A stretch of 64,000 bases of DNA from Akkermansiaceae bacterium (GTDB taxonomy: Bacteria; Gemmatimonadota; Gemmatimonadetes; Palauibacterales; Palauibacteraceae), in assembly GCA_964195715.1 (NCBI GenBank), contig CAXMRU010000280.1:40-64039 (forward strand), read 5' to 3'. Within the stretch, counting starts at the first letter, position 1. Every line of letters starts with the position of its first letter. The notes below the pieces were generated by a model, which worked only from the letters and a program-made list of their open reading frames with translations, was not told the DNA's origin and ran no database searches. Below, piece after piece: positions 33,492-43,135 of this stretch. Both the position numbers and the translations under genes were made by a program.

Positions 33492-36065
33492 CTACTTCTT
33501 GCGCCGGCCGCGCTGCGTGCGTGGTCCCCGGGCGGCCCGCGCCGTCAGTAACTCGCGGGCCTGATCCATCGTGATGTCGTCAGGCGACATGCCCTTCGGC
33601 AGCGAAGCGTTCAGTTTCCCGTGTTTCACGTACGGTCCGTAGCGGCCATCGAGAAGCAGCACGGGCTCGCCGTCGTTCGGGTGCGCACCCAGATCACGTA
33701 GCGGTTTCGGCTGAGAGCGCCGTCTACCGCCCTTCGGCTGGGCCAGCAGCGCGAGTGCCCGATCTAGATCGACGCCATAGACATCGTCGCTCTTGTCGAG
33801 AGAGCGGAACTCGCCGTCGTGAACGACATACGGTCCATAGCGACCGATCCCGGCCCGCACCGGCTCGCCGCTCTCCGGGTGGACTCCGAGCTCACGCGGA
33901 AGAGACAGCAGGCGCAGCGCGATTTCAAGGGTCACGTCGTCCGTGCTCATGCCCTTCGACAGTGAGGCCCGCTTGGGCTTCTCTCCGTCCTCGATCTGCT
34001 CGCCAAGCTGCACAAATGGCCCGAAACGGCCGGTTTTCACATACACGGGCAATCCCGTTTCCGGGTCCGTTCCGATCGGGCTGTCCGCCTTCTCCCTGTC
34101 TGCGAGGAGCTCCGCCGCCTTCTCGGCCGTCAGGTCCGCGGGTGCAATGTCTTCGGGAATCGAGACTCGAATGGGATCGCCGCCCTCGAGTGTCTCGAGG
34201 AACGGTCCGAAGCGACCGATTCGAAGCTCCCCCCCAAGGTCGGCAAAGTCCTGGAGCGTGGACGCCGTACGCGGGTCGATCTCCGACTGGCGACTCGCGA
34301 GACGCCCCTCGAAGCCGTTCTCCCCCCGATAGAACTCGTCGAGGAACTCCCTCCAGTCCACCTCTCCCTCGGCAATCCTGTCGAGTCCGTTCTCCATTTC
34401 CGACGTGAAGCCCGGATCTACCAGGTCTTCGAAGTGATTCTCGAGGAGCGAGGTAACGGCAAAGGCGATGAACGTGGGAACGAGCTGCTTTCCGCGGTCC
34501 TCCACGTAACCGCGAAGCCGGATCGTGTCCACGATGGTCGCATAGGTCGACGGTCGGCCGATTCCCTCCGCCTCGAGTGCCTTGACGAGCGAAGCGTCCG
34601 TGTATCGAGCGGGCGGGCGAGTCTCGTGTGAGTCCGGTCGGATCTCGCGCGCCTCGACAGAGTCGCCTGAGGCAAGGGCCGGCAGCAGAACTTCACGATC
34701 AGCCAGGACCGCCTCCGGGTCGTCACTCCCCTCTACGTAGGCCCTGAGAAACCCCGGAAAAGTCAGCGTGTTGCCGCGAGCCCTGAATTCCACACCGCCG
34801 CCCAGGATGGAAGCCGAGACCCTCAGACGCCTCGCCTCTGCCATCTGGGTAGCGACCGTCCGTTTCCATATCAGCTCGTAGAGAGCGGCGTCGATCGACT
34901 TCAGGCCAAGCTCCCTGGCCGTCGGCATCGACGGGCCGGCCGGCCTGATCGCCTCGTGCGCCTCCTGGGCGCCTTTGGATTTCGTCTTGTAATTCCTGGG
35001 ATTCTCGCTCAGGTAGTCCGTACCATATAGAGACTCTACCTTGCGTCGCGCTGCTCCGATCGCCTGTCCCGTGAGCTGCACGGAGTCGGTGCGCATGTAG
35101 GTAATATGGCCCGCTTCGTACAGCCGCTGAGCCACGCGCATCGTCTCTCGAACCGGGAGGTTCAGTTTGCGGTTGGCCTCCATCTGCAGCGTGGACGTCG
35201 TGAACGGAGGGGCCGGATTCTGCGTCATTTCCTTGGACTCTACGCCGGCCACCTCGAATTCCACACCCTCGAGGCGCGCCCGCAGGGCTTCCACCTCCTC
35301 CTCGCCGAAGACCGCCACGGAGGCTGGTTTCTTCGGCCTGCCCGTGGCCGGATCAAAATCCGCACCCTTTACGACAGGAACCCCGTCCACTTCGATCAGC
35401 TGTGCGTCGAATTCGCTTCCGCCTTTCGCGAAAGTAGCGGCCAGATCCCACCAGGCGCCGCTTCGAAAGCGCCGACGCTCCCGCTCCACTTCCACGACCA
35501 GGCGGACGGCCACGGACTGCACGCGGCCAGCGGAAAGGGGGATGCGGCTGATCGGATCCACCGGCGAGATCTTCTTCCACAACAGGGGTGACAGGCCGTA
35601 ACCGACCAGCCGATCCAGGATCCGCCGGGCCTGTTGCGCATCGACCTGATCCAGATCGAGGTCGCCGGGGTGGTTGACCGCTTCAAGCACCGCATCTCGC
35701 GTGACCGCGTTGAAGCGAACGCGTCGGAAGCGGCGGCCATCGTCCGTACGGTAGCCCAGTGCGCAGGCGATATGGTAGCCGATCGCTTCGCCCTCCCGGT
35801 CCGGATCGGTAGCGATCAGGATGTCCCCGGCGCCCTTCGCCTTCTTCTTCAAGTCTGCGAGTAACTTTCCCTTGCCTCGCACCGTTACGAACTCCGGCTC
35901 GTAGCCGTTGTCCACATCGACGGACAGTCCCTTCTTCGGCAGATCCACAACGTGACCCACCGAAGCCTCGACGATGTAATCGTCACCGAGGAACTGGCGG
36001 AGCCGCTTCGCCTTCTTGGGCGACTCGACGATGACCAGGTGCCTGGCTTTCTTGGCGCTCGACAT
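33492..36065 (-). CDS. topA: DNA topoisomerase I
   Basis: 857 aa. TOPRIM LVIVESPKKAK and active-site Tyr context ITYMRTDS. The C-terminal region has four Cys-free GR(F/Y)GP(F/Y) repeats and a basic tail. Confidence 0.97.
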   Translation of the reverse strand: MSSAKKARHLVIVESPKKAKRLRQFLGDDYIVEASVGHVVDLPKKGLSVDVDNGYEPEFVTVRGKGKLLADLKKKAKGAGDILIATDPDREGEAIGYHIACALGYRTDDGRRFRRVRFNAVTRDAVLEAVNHPGDLDLDQVDAQQARRILDRLVGYGLSPLLWKKISPVDPISRIPLSAGRVQSVAVRLVVEVERERRRFRSGAWWDLAATFAKGGSEFDAQLIEVDGVPVVKGADFDPATGRPKKPASVAVFGEEEVEALRARLEGVEFEVAGVESKEMTQNPAPPFTTSTLQMEANRKLNLPVRETMRVAQRLYEAGHITYMRTDSVQLTGQAIGAARRKVESLYGTDYLSENPRNYKTKSKGAQEAHEAIRPAGPSMPTARELGLKSIDAALYELIWKRTVATQMAEARRLRVSASILGGGVEFRARGNTLTFPGFLRAYVEGSDDPEAVLADREVLLPALASGDSVEAREIRPDSHETRPPARYTDASLVKALEAEGIGRPSTYATIVDTIRLRGYVEDRGKQLVPTFIAFAVTSLLENHFEDLVDPGFTSEMENGLDRIAEGEVDWREFLDEFYRGENGFEGRLASRQSEIDPRTASTLQDFADLGGELRIGRFGPFLETLEGGDPIRVSIPEDIAPADLTAEKAAELLADREKADSPIGTDPETGLPVYVKTGRFGPFVQLGEQIEDGEKPKRASLSKGMSTDDVTLEIALRLLSLPRELGVHPESGEPVRAGIGRYGPYVVHDGEFRSLDKSDDVYGVDLDRALALLAQPKGGRRRSQPKPLRDLGAHPNDGEPVLLLDGRYGPYVKHGKLNASLPKGMSPDDITMDQARELLTARAARGPRTQRGRRKK

Positions 36066-36083
36066 TGACTCTCGGGTGTAAGG

Positions 36084-36656
36084 CTAGCGCGTGCCGGGAC
36101 GAATCCCGTCCGTCTCGAATTCAGCCAGTATAGCTTCTACCACTTCCTCGGGGGCCAACCCATCGGTCGTTACCGAATACTCGGCCAGCCGATACGCCGG
36201 TAGTCGGCAGGCCAGCAGCTTCTGCAGCTCCGCCTCCGGATCCGGGCCCGCCAGAAGAGGGCGAGCGGAGCGTTCCCGCGCAAGTCTGGACACGGCGGAG
36301 GCCGGCTCCACCCGCAGCCAGACACACACCGCGTCCGGCCACGTCTCACGTAGCTCGGGTCGGGCCATCCACCCGCCTCCCGTGGACACGACAGTCGTCC
36401 GATCGATCGAAGCCGCTTCCGTGACACGGGCCTCCAGATCCCGAAAGACCCGCTCGCCGTCCGTGGCAAAGATGTCGACGATCGAGCGCCCCGAGAGACT
36501 CTCCACCTCAGCGTCCAGGTCCAGGAAGGACCACCGGATTCGCCGGGCGAGGAGGCGTCCGACAGCCGTCTTGCCGGCGCCGCTCAGCCCGACGAGGACG
36601 AAAGGTCCGCGAAGTGATCCGGACCCACCCGCCGAGCCTCCAGCGCCGGGCGTCAT
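36084..36656 (-). CDS. aroK: Shikimate kinase
   Basis: 190 aa. Walker A GLSGAGKTAVGRLLA, and the start makes an ATGA overlap with the aroC stop. Confidence 0.88.
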   Translation of the reverse strand: MTPGAGGSAGGSGSLRGPFVLVGLSGAGKTAVGRLLARRIRWSFLDLDAEVESLSGRSIVDIFATDGERVFRDLEARVTEAASIDRTTVVSTGGGWMARPELRETWPDAVCVWLRVEPASAVSRLARERSARPLLAGPDPEAELQKLLACRLPAYRLAEYSVTTDGLAPEEVVEAILAEFETDGIRPGTR

Positions 36657-37858
36657 TCCCAGCGCCGCGCTCCCTCGCCCGCGCGCCCCAGGTAGGCCTC
36701 GAGGTTGGCGCGGGTCTCGGCCAGGGAGTCTCCACCGAACTTCTCGAGCATGGCATCTCCCAGAACCAGCGCGAACATGGCCTCACCCACCACGGCCGCC
36801 GCCGGCACGGCGCACACATCGCTCCGCTCGCGCACGGCCTTGGCCGGCTGTCCTGTCCTGACGTCGACACTAGCGAGGGGTCGAGTGAGCGAGCTCAGCG
36901 GTTTCATTGCCACCCGTGCAACGAGGGGCTCACCCGTCGTCATCCCCCCTTCCAGGCCGCCGGCGTGGTTCCCGGTGCGGCGGAATCCCGCGGTGCGATC
37001 CCGGCCGGCGTCAGTTACGATCTCATCGTGTACGTCGGAGCCCCTCCGTCGGGAGGCTTCGAACCCGAGACCGATCTCGACTCCCTTCATCGCCTGGATC
37101 GACATGAGAGCCCCGGCCAGCCGACCGTCCAGGCGCCGATCCCACGACACGTGACTCCCCAACCCGACCGGCAGACCGATGCCGACGATTTCGAACTCAC
37201 CTCCGAGCGTGTCGCCCGCCTCGCGGGCGTCGTCGATGGCCTGTTTCATTCGCTCCTCGGACTCGGGATCCAGGCAGCGGATCTCGGATGAATCAGCGGC
37301 CGCATTCAGGTCGTTCGGGAATCCCTCCGGGGCTGCGGCCTGAACCGACCCTATGCGTGTGACATGACTTCCGACGGACACGCCGAGCTCGGCCAGGAGT
37401 CGGCGCGCCACGGCGCCCGCCGCCACACGAGCAGAGGTCTCACGGGCGCTCGACCGCTCCAGGATGTCGCGCGCGTCCGCCCGATCGTACTTGAGCATGC
37501 CGACGAGATCGGCGTGCCCGGGCCGCGGGAGGTACACACGGCGCAGGGCATCGTCGTCCGCCTCCGGCTGCGCTTCGATGGACATCGCCGTTTCCCAGTT
37601 CACGTGGTCCCGATTGCGGATCCACACGGCGATGGGAGACCCCAGTGTCTCGCCGAGCCGGACTCCCGCCAGCACTTCACCGGCGTCCTTCTCGATCGCC
37701 ATGCGACCACCCCTGCCGTAGCCGAGCTGACGGCGCGCGAGATCGCGGGCGATGTCCTCGGGCGAGAGCGGCAGACCCGCAGGAACGCCCTCGACGATGG
37801 CGAGCGTCCCCTTGCCGTGAGACTCACCGGCGGTCGTGAACCGAAGGTGTTGGAGCAT
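36653..37858 (-). CDS. aroC: Chorismate synthase
   Basis: 401 aa. LRFTTAGESHGKG, GYGRGGRM and RSSARETSARVAAG. Confidence 0.95.
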   Translation of the reverse strand: MLQHLRFTTAGESHGKGTLAIVEGVPAGLPLSPEDIARDLARRQLGYGRGGRMAIEKDAGEVLAGVRLGETLGSPIAVWIRNRDHVNWETAMSIEAQPEADDDALRRVYLPRPGHADLVGMLKYDRADARDILERSSARETSARVAAGAVARRLLAELGVSVGSHVTRIGSVQAAAPEGFPNDLNAAADSSEIRCLDPESEERMKQAIDDAREAGDTLGGEFEIVGIGLPVGLGSHVSWDRRLDGRLAGALMSIQAMKGVEIGLGFEASRRRGSDVHDEIVTDAGRDRTAGFRRTGNHAGGLEGGMTTGEPLVARVAMKPLSSLTRPLASVDVRTGQPAKAVRERSDVCAVPAAAVVGEAMFALVLGDAMLEKFGGDSLAETRANLEAYLGRAGEGARRWE

Positions 37859-37922
37859 TGCGGCCTTTCTAGGAGCCTGTCCGCACGAAACGGCCTCCAG
37901 TATACGGCGGACGGGCCCAACG

Positions 37923-37957
37923 GAAAACGCGGGGCCAGGATCCGCCCTGGCCCCGCG
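37923..37957 (-). terminator. Rho-independent terminator after pilQ
   Basis: The minus strand reads CGCGGGGCCAGG-GCGGAT-CCTGGCCCCGCG (12-bp stem) followed by TTTTCCG. It lies about 65 nt after the pilQ stop. Confidence 0.8.
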
Positions 37958-38003
37958 CTGTCTCTCCAGTTCCGTGCCCCTGATACGAAATGGCGCACCC
38001 GGC

Positions 38004-38020
38004 GGTTCTTCAGCGACCCT
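38004..38020 (-). repeat. Copy of the GGTYGCTGAAsAACCCTG intergenic motif
   Basis: The minus strand reads AGGGTCGCTGAAGAACC starting directly after the pilQ stop codon (TAG, complement of 38021..38023). Confidence 0.65.
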
Positions 38021-39742
38021 CTAGTCCACGATGTGAGGCGTGACCAGGATGATCAGGTCCGTCTTCCGCTCCGTGTTCTTCGTCGTACGGAACAGGGCTC
38101 CGATAACGGGAAGATCCATCAGCAGAGGAATTCCGGTCTCCGTGCGGTCCACCTGACTGAGCGTGAGGCCGCCGATCACCATCGTCTCCCCATCATCCAG
38201 CAACAGGCGCGTAGACCCGATCTGCTTCAGGAACGTGAAACCAATGTCCGGGATATCCGTCTGAATTCCGGAACGCTCGGCCATCACGTCGAGGAGGATC
38301 TGATTGTTATTCGTGATGTGCGGCGTCACGTCGAGGATGATGCCGGTGTCCTCGTACTGCACCGTGGCCCGCGCCTCCACGTTACCGGTCCCGGCGTCCA
38401 GGACACGGACGGGTGTCTTCTCGCCGACCTGGATCCGCGCGTGGTGGTTGTCTACCACCTGGATCGTCGGAGCGGCCTGTACGTCGGACAGCTTGTGCTG
38501 CTCGAGCGCCTGGAGCCACGCCGAAAGAGAGAAGTCGCCGAACGCGACGGAAGCCAGGATCTCCAACGACGGCGATAGAAGCTGGTCGTTTGCGTTCGCG
38601 AGCGCCGCTATCGAGTTGCCGCCGAGGTCCACGAGTGTCCTGTTCGTGATCTCGCCCGGGTTCAACGGATCCGGGACGCCGATCACATCGTTGATCGAGT
38701 TACCCTGCATATCCTTGAGGTCGTAGATGATCCCCAGCTCCATGACATCCGTACGATCCACGAAGATGATCTTGGCGTGGATCGACACCTGGGGCGTCTT
38801 GACGTCCAGGTTTCGGATCAGGCTGTCCATGCGAGCTACGACCGACGGCGCGTCCGTGACGATCACCGAGTTCGCGCCCAGGTACGGTACGACCTGGCCG
38901 CGGTTCGGGGTGGCCAGGCGCTCGAGGGTGGCGGCCACCGAATCCGCCGAAGCATAGTTGATCTTGAACACGCGGGTCTCGGTCTGCAGGGTGTCCCGAG
39001 CGCGGATCCCTTCGAGCTTGTCCACGATCAGAATGCCCTCGGACTGGAGCCTCCAACCCAGACCCTGCGACGCGAGAATAGCGTCCAGGGCCACGTCCCA
39101 TCGCTGGTTGCGGATGTCCACGCCCAGCACGGTCATCCCGGCCGCGTCGGCGCTCGGAACGATCGAGACGCCCGCAAATTCCGAAAAGCCGGCGAGCACT
39201 TCGAGCATGCTCGCGCTGTCGTAGGCGACCGTGATCCTCGCGAGGTCTCCCGCGTCCTGGACGGCCGGTATCATGGATGAAACAGGGGCCGGTGTCGGCT
39301 CTGGCACACGATCCTGCATCGCCACCGTGGCGGCCATCACGGATCGGCTGCTCCATTGCTCGAACGACCCGCCTGGATTCGCGAAGTGGACCGTGTAGCG
39401 TCCGGACTCGGCAGAGGTACGATAGGACGCAGGTCGAGACAGGTCGAAAACCAGCCGGACGACGTCGTCACGGAACTGGCTGCTGCGTAGCCGCACGATC
39501 CCGCCACGTCCGATGGCCTCGAAGGTCCCGTCCTGGAGCTCGTTGACCGCTCCGTGCACATCCAGAATCAGTCGCGCCGGGTCCCTCAGGATAAAGTCCC
39601 GGATCTCGACGTCACCGCTCGTGATGACGGCGATCTCGGTCTCATCTCCGGATAAGGTGATCCGGACCTCCTCCACCCTTCCAGCGGGCGACACCGCCCA
39701 CAGCGTGGCCAGGAGGGTCGCGAGGACCTGTTTGCCGATCAT
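38021..39742 (-). CDS. pilQ: Type IV pilus secretin PilQ (AMIN domain + secretin)
   Basis: 573 aa with a signal peptide and an AMIN-like N-terminus (VRITLSGDETEIAVITSGDVEI...RLILDVHG). The C-terminal secretin block is GETMVIGGL...TGIPLLMDLPVIGALFR. Confidence 0.93.
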   Translation of the reverse strand: MIGKQVLATLLATLWAVSPAGRVEEVRITLSGDETEIAVITSGDVEIRDFILRDPARLILDVHGAVNELQDGTFEAIGRGGIVRLRSSQFRDDVVRLVFDLSRPASYRTSAESGRYTVHFANPGGSFEQWSSRSVMAATVAMQDRVPEPTPAPVSSMIPAVQDAGDLARITVAYDSASMLEVLAGFSEFAGVSIVPSADAAGMTVLGVDIRNQRWDVALDAILASQGLGWRLQSEGILIVDKLEGIRARDTLQTETRVFKINYASADSVAATLERLATPNRGQVVPYLGANSVIVTDAPSVVARMDSLIRNLDVKTPQVSIHAKIIFVDRTDVMELGIIYDLKDMQGNSINDVIGVPDPLNPGEITNRTLVDLGGNSIAALANANDQLLSPSLEILASVAFGDFSLSAWLQALEQHKLSDVQAAPTIQVVDNHHARIQVGEKTPVRVLDAGTGNVEARATVQYEDTGIILDVTPHITNNNQILLDVMAERSGIQTDIPDIGFTFLKQIGSTRLLLDDGETMVIGGLTLSQVDRTETGIPLLMDLPVIGALFRTTKNTERKTDLIILVTPHIVD

Positions 39743-40179
39743 CCACCCTGCTCCTTGTCCATGTTCTTCAGACGCAGCGTCTCCTGCCTGCTGACGCCGA
39801 AGACGGTGACCATGAAGACCGCCTCGTCGGGAGTCACGTCCAACAGCTTAGCGCCACCCAGGACGTCACCCTCCCATACGCGGTACCGTCGCTGCGTGGA
39901 CCGGTCCACGAGGACGACCAAGCTGCCCGCTTCGGAACTGTATATGATCCCGCTCAGCTCGAGATCCTCGAAGCGAGGTCCGAGCTGGTCGCCAGCTTCC
40001 AGCGGCTTGAACGGGTCGCGGCGACCGGCAGCCGGATAGTCGAAGACCTCGCGCTCGAGGAGCGGGGAGGTCTGCGCACGCTCTATTTCCTCCCCCTGAG
40101 CCTGCCCGGCTTCCTGCGCCCACAGCCCGGGGGCCACCCCGACGAGGAGCGCAGCCGCGATCAACCGTGACGCTCTCAT
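39739..40179 (-). CDS. pilP: Pilus assembly protein PilP
   Basis: 146 aa with a signal peptide. RDPFKP motif and a C-terminal beta-domain (YRVWEGDVLGGAKLLDVTPDEAVF). Its position between pilO and pilQ, with 4-nt overlaps on both sides, fits PilP. Confidence 0.8.
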   Translation of the reverse strand: MRASRLIAAALLVGVAPGLWAQEAGQAQGEEIERAQTSPLLEREVFDYPAAGRRDPFKPLEAGDQLGPRFEDLELSGIIYSSEAGSLVVLVDRSTQRRYRVWEGDVLGGAKLLDVTPDEAVFMVTVFGVSRQETLRLKNMDKEQGG

Positions 40180-40778
40180 TCCTCATCCTCCGGGCTCGTC
40201 ACAAGTGCCCGACCCGGTGCCAGCACGAAAGTTTCCAGACTGAACGACGCGAGAACGAGATGTCGGCCGCTGGGCGTCTCGCCCGTCGGATTCACCTCGA
40301 TCACGTGGGGACGCACAATGCGGTCGAAGGAGGCCACCCGGGTCAGGAACTCCCCTAGCGAATGGTAGTCTCCCTCCACCTGCATCTGCCACTCTTGTCG
40401 CAAGAAGTAAGCCCCACTGTCCGCAGGCTCGGGAAGGCTCGGTTCTACGTTGATCAGGCGCAGATCGAGGGCCTGACTCTGAGTCGCGATGGCTTCGTAA
40501 ATCGCCGGGACTTCCGCGTTCGACGGTACCAGGCGTTTCACGAGCTCGAACTGGCGCTCGGCCAGGGTGATCCGATCGCGTAGCTCTCGGAGGTTCCCGA
40601 TCCGGGTCTCCGCGATCTGGTTCTGAGTCTCCAGGTCCTCGACCCGGTCCGTGAGATCAACGATCTCCAGGGCTCCCGGCCGATGGACGAAGTTGTAGAA
40701 CAGCGCCGCCGCCGCGATCATGAGAATGATCACGAGCAGCATGCTCTGCTGACGCTGGTCCTGGGGGAGGATCGCCAT
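40176..40778 (-). CDS. pilO: Pilus assembly protein PilO
   Basis: 200 aa. Single N-terminal TM, a coiled coil (DRVEDLETQNQIAETRIGNLRELRDRI), then a ferredoxin-like C-terminal domain. Its position in pilMNOPQ also supports the call. Confidence 0.8.
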   Translation of the reverse strand: MAILPQDQRQQSMLLVIILMIAAAALFYNFVHRPGALEIVDLTDRVEDLETQNQIAETRIGNLRELRDRITLAERQFELVKRLVPSNAEVPAIYEAIATQSQALDLRLINVEPSLPEPADSGAYFLRQEWQMQVEGDYHSLGEFLTRVASFDRIVRPHVIEVNPTGETPSGRHLVLASFSLETFVLAPGRALVTSPEDEE

Positions 40779-40780
40779 GG

Positions 40781-41428
40781 TCAGGTGCCCTCCAGGGCGA
40801 CCGGTACCGCCGTGACCATCGAGTCAGGCGGTTCCGCGTACCCCACGATCAACTTGAACGAATGAGCGCTGAATCCGCCCAGGTTCTGCTCCTGGCTCCC
40901 GAGGATCCTCACGTCTTCCACAAACGGAGATTCCTGCAAGCGACGCACATATGCCGTGATCGCGAGCGGGTTCGCGGCCAATCCGTCCAACTGCACTTGA
41001 AGGTCGGGAGGCGCGCTCGCCTGGCGGATCGAAGTGAGCCACGCGTAGTCCGGCAGCGCCCGACTGATCTCATCGAGGAGATGAGGCCACACGAACCGCC
41101 CGTCGTCCAGGCCGTGCAGGAGGTCCAGCCGTTCCCGTATCTGGGTTTCGCGGGCGATCAGGCTGTCGCTGAGCGCCCTCAGATCGGACAGCCGCGTCGA
41201 GTCCTCCACGGCCTCGACGAGCCGATCGTCGAGGCCTCCACGCTCACCGCGCTGCGACATCCAAAGCCAGCCGACCACGAGCAGGACGAGCACCGTTGTC
41301 GCCACAGCGGCGATCAGCCACGGATCTCGACCATCTCCCGACCCGGTCAACTTCAGCCAGCTGGGCATCCCCACAGGCCGACGTCGACGCCGCTTCGAAC
41401 CCTCGGGGTGAAGATTGACCTCGATCAT
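40781..41428 (-). CDS. pilN: Pilus assembly protein PilN
   Basis: 215 aa. N-terminal MIEVNLHPE (INLLP-like PilM-binding motif), a single TM, and the position after pilM. Confidence 0.8.
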   Translation of the reverse strand: MIEVNLHPEGSKRRRRRPVGMPSWLKLTGSGDGRDPWLIAAVATTVLVLLVVGWLWMSQRGERGGLDDRLVEAVEDSTRLSDLRALSDSLIARETQIRERLDLLHGLDDGRFVWPHLLDEISRALPDYAWLTSIRQASAPPDLQVQLDGLAANPLAITAYVRRLQESPFVEDVRILGSQEQNLGGFSAHSFKLIVGYAEPPDSMVTAVPVALEGT

Positions 41429-41438
41429 CGACCGGTCC

Positions 41439-42485
41439 TCACGCCGCGTGCCGCAGGGCCAGACCGACGGCCAGCATCATCATGGGTCCGACGTGCTGGA
41501 GATGCTCAGTCTCGATCGCGCCCGGCTTGACGCTCAAGACTTCGAAGGAATTGGCGATCCGCGTCTCAACCCCGAGCCGCTCCGCGAGCGCCTCGACGAG
41601 ACCCGGCACGCGAACGCCGCCTCCGCACAGGTAGAGTCTACCCAGGCTGGCTCCCACTTCCTGCGTCTCGAGGAACGCGGTTGCGCGCTCGATCCCCCGG
41701 CCCACTTCCTGCGCCCTCTCGTACAGGAAATTGCGAAGCCTGTCATCGACGCTCTCGCCGCGCAGCACGGACTCGGCCTCGTCGGCAGTCATGCCCCGTT
41801 CCCGCTGGAGATCGAGTGACAGGCGTCGGGTGCCGAAGGACAGGTCTCGGGTCAGGACCGGTACCCCATCCTCGAGGATGCTCACGTTGGTCGTTTCGTG
41901 GCCGATGCTCACGAGGCCTGAAATCCCCTTCATGGCCTCCGGATAGTTGAGCTCCAGCGAGTTGTGCAGAGCGAACGCATCGACGTCGATGATCCGGGGA
42001 GCGAGGTTGGCCTCCTCGAGCAGGGCCACCTTGTTCTCCACGAGCTCACGCTTCGCGGCGACGAGAAGCACGCTCATCTGGAGACCTTCGCCCTCTGGAT
42101 CGGTAATCTCGAAGTCCAGCTGGACGTCGTCCATGTCGAACGGGACGTGCTGCTCGGCTTCCCACCGGATGACGTCGCGAGCATCCACCTTCTTCATCCT
42201 GTCCATCTGGATGGGCTTGATGATCAGGTCGCGTCCTCCGACCGATGCCACGACATCCCGGTCGTGGATACCCTCCTCGACGAACAGCGTATCGATCGTC
42301 TCGGCCACGAGGCCCGGATCCATGACCTCGCCATCGACGATCGCGTCAGCGCCCAGGGGATGCACGACGAGTCGCTCGACCTCGGGCACGTCACCTGAAT
42401 GGTCGATCACTGCGACCTTGATGAAGCCGCTGCCGACGTCCAGGCCTACGGTTCTCTTCTTCCGGCCGATGCCGAGTAAAGCCAT
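41439..42485 (-). CDS. pilM: Pilus assembly ATPase-fold protein PilM (actin-like)
   Basis: 348 aa. GLDVGSGFIKVAVI, VDAFALHN and LCGGGVRVPGL. Confidence 0.9.
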   Translation of the reverse strand: MALLGIGRKKRTVGLDVGSGFIKVAVIDHSGDVPEVERLVVHPLGADAIVDGEVMDPGLVAETIDTLFVEEGIHDRDVVASVGGRDLIIKPIQMDRMKKVDARDVIRWEAEQHVPFDMDDVQLDFEITDPEGEGLQMSVLLVAAKRELVENKVALLEEANLAPRIIDVDAFALHNSLELNYPEAMKGISGLVSIGHETTNVSILEDGVPVLTRDLSFGTRRLSLDLQRERGMTADEAESVLRGESVDDRLRNFLYERAQEVGRGIERATAFLETQEVGASLGRLYLCGGGVRVPGLVEALAERLGVETRIANSFEVLSVKPGAIETEHLQHVGPMMMLAVGLALRHAA

Positions 42486-42621
42486 ATCGCCTTGCTCTTC
42501 GAGATCCTGTGGGGCCGGCTGGATGGTTCGTCACATTAGACGAATCCGTCCGGCGCGTCAATCGGCTTTCGCCCGGCGTCGCCACCACAGACGCCGCAAG
42601 TTTACCTCCGTGTGGCACGCA

Positions 42622-42637
42622 CGCAACGGTGGCGCCA
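42622..42637 (-). promoter_or_regulatory. Candidate sigma54 (-24/-12) promoter upstream of pilM
   Basis: The minus strand reads TGGCGCCACCGTTGCG, i.e. TGGC-N7-TTGC with exact GG-N10-GC spacing. It lies in the 164-nt gap between the pilV-like stop and the pilM start, about 135 nt upstream of the pilM ATG. Confidence 0.35.
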
Positions 42638-42649
42638 CGTGGGCCTGCG

Positions 42650-43069
42650 CTATGGGCTTTCCGACAGCCTTCTGGCCACCCATAAACGTCGTCCCGCAGG
42701 CCCCGATCCGTCCACGGTGACCCGGATCTCAATCAGCCCGGGTTCGACCCACGTCGTGTCGATGGTCACGGTCAGATTTCGAGATCCGACTTCGAGCGTT
42801 CGGGGCTCGAGACCTGACGAATCAGCCAGGGCCAAATCGAGCACGGCACCCGCCGCGACCGTCTGGGCGCTTCGCACAGCCGCGATTTCAGCCAGCCGAC
42901 GCGCCGCCCCACCCATCGCCGCCACGCCGAGTACACCCACCCCGAACACCGTCACGGCGATGATCACTTCGGGAAGACCCAACCCGATCCGGGCGCGGTC
43001 TCCCACCAGCACGGAGCGCAAGAACGCTACCACGTTGAAACCGCGGACATATGGGGCATTTCGGGTCAT
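42650..43069 (-). CDS. Minor pilin-like protein (PilV-like, prepilin-type N-terminus)
   Basis: 139 aa. It contains ...RARIG/LGLPEVIIAVTVFGVGVLGV, i.e. Gly, then Glu at +5, then a hydrophobic helix. The leader is long from ATG 43069. An internal GTG at 43012 would give a 10-aa leader. Confidence 0.6.
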   Translation of the reverse strand: MTRNAPYVRGFNVVAFLRSVLVGDRARIGLGLPEVIIAVTVFGVGVLGVAAMGGAARRLAEIAAVRSAQTVAAGAVLDLALADSSGLEPRTLEVGSRNLTVTIDTTWVEPGLIEIRVTVDGSGPAGRRLWVARRLSESP

Positions 43070-43135
43070 TTCGGGGCAATCTCCATGCAGAAAGCAGGAA
43101 TCCTTTTCGGAATCCTTGGGCCTCTCGCCTGGCCT

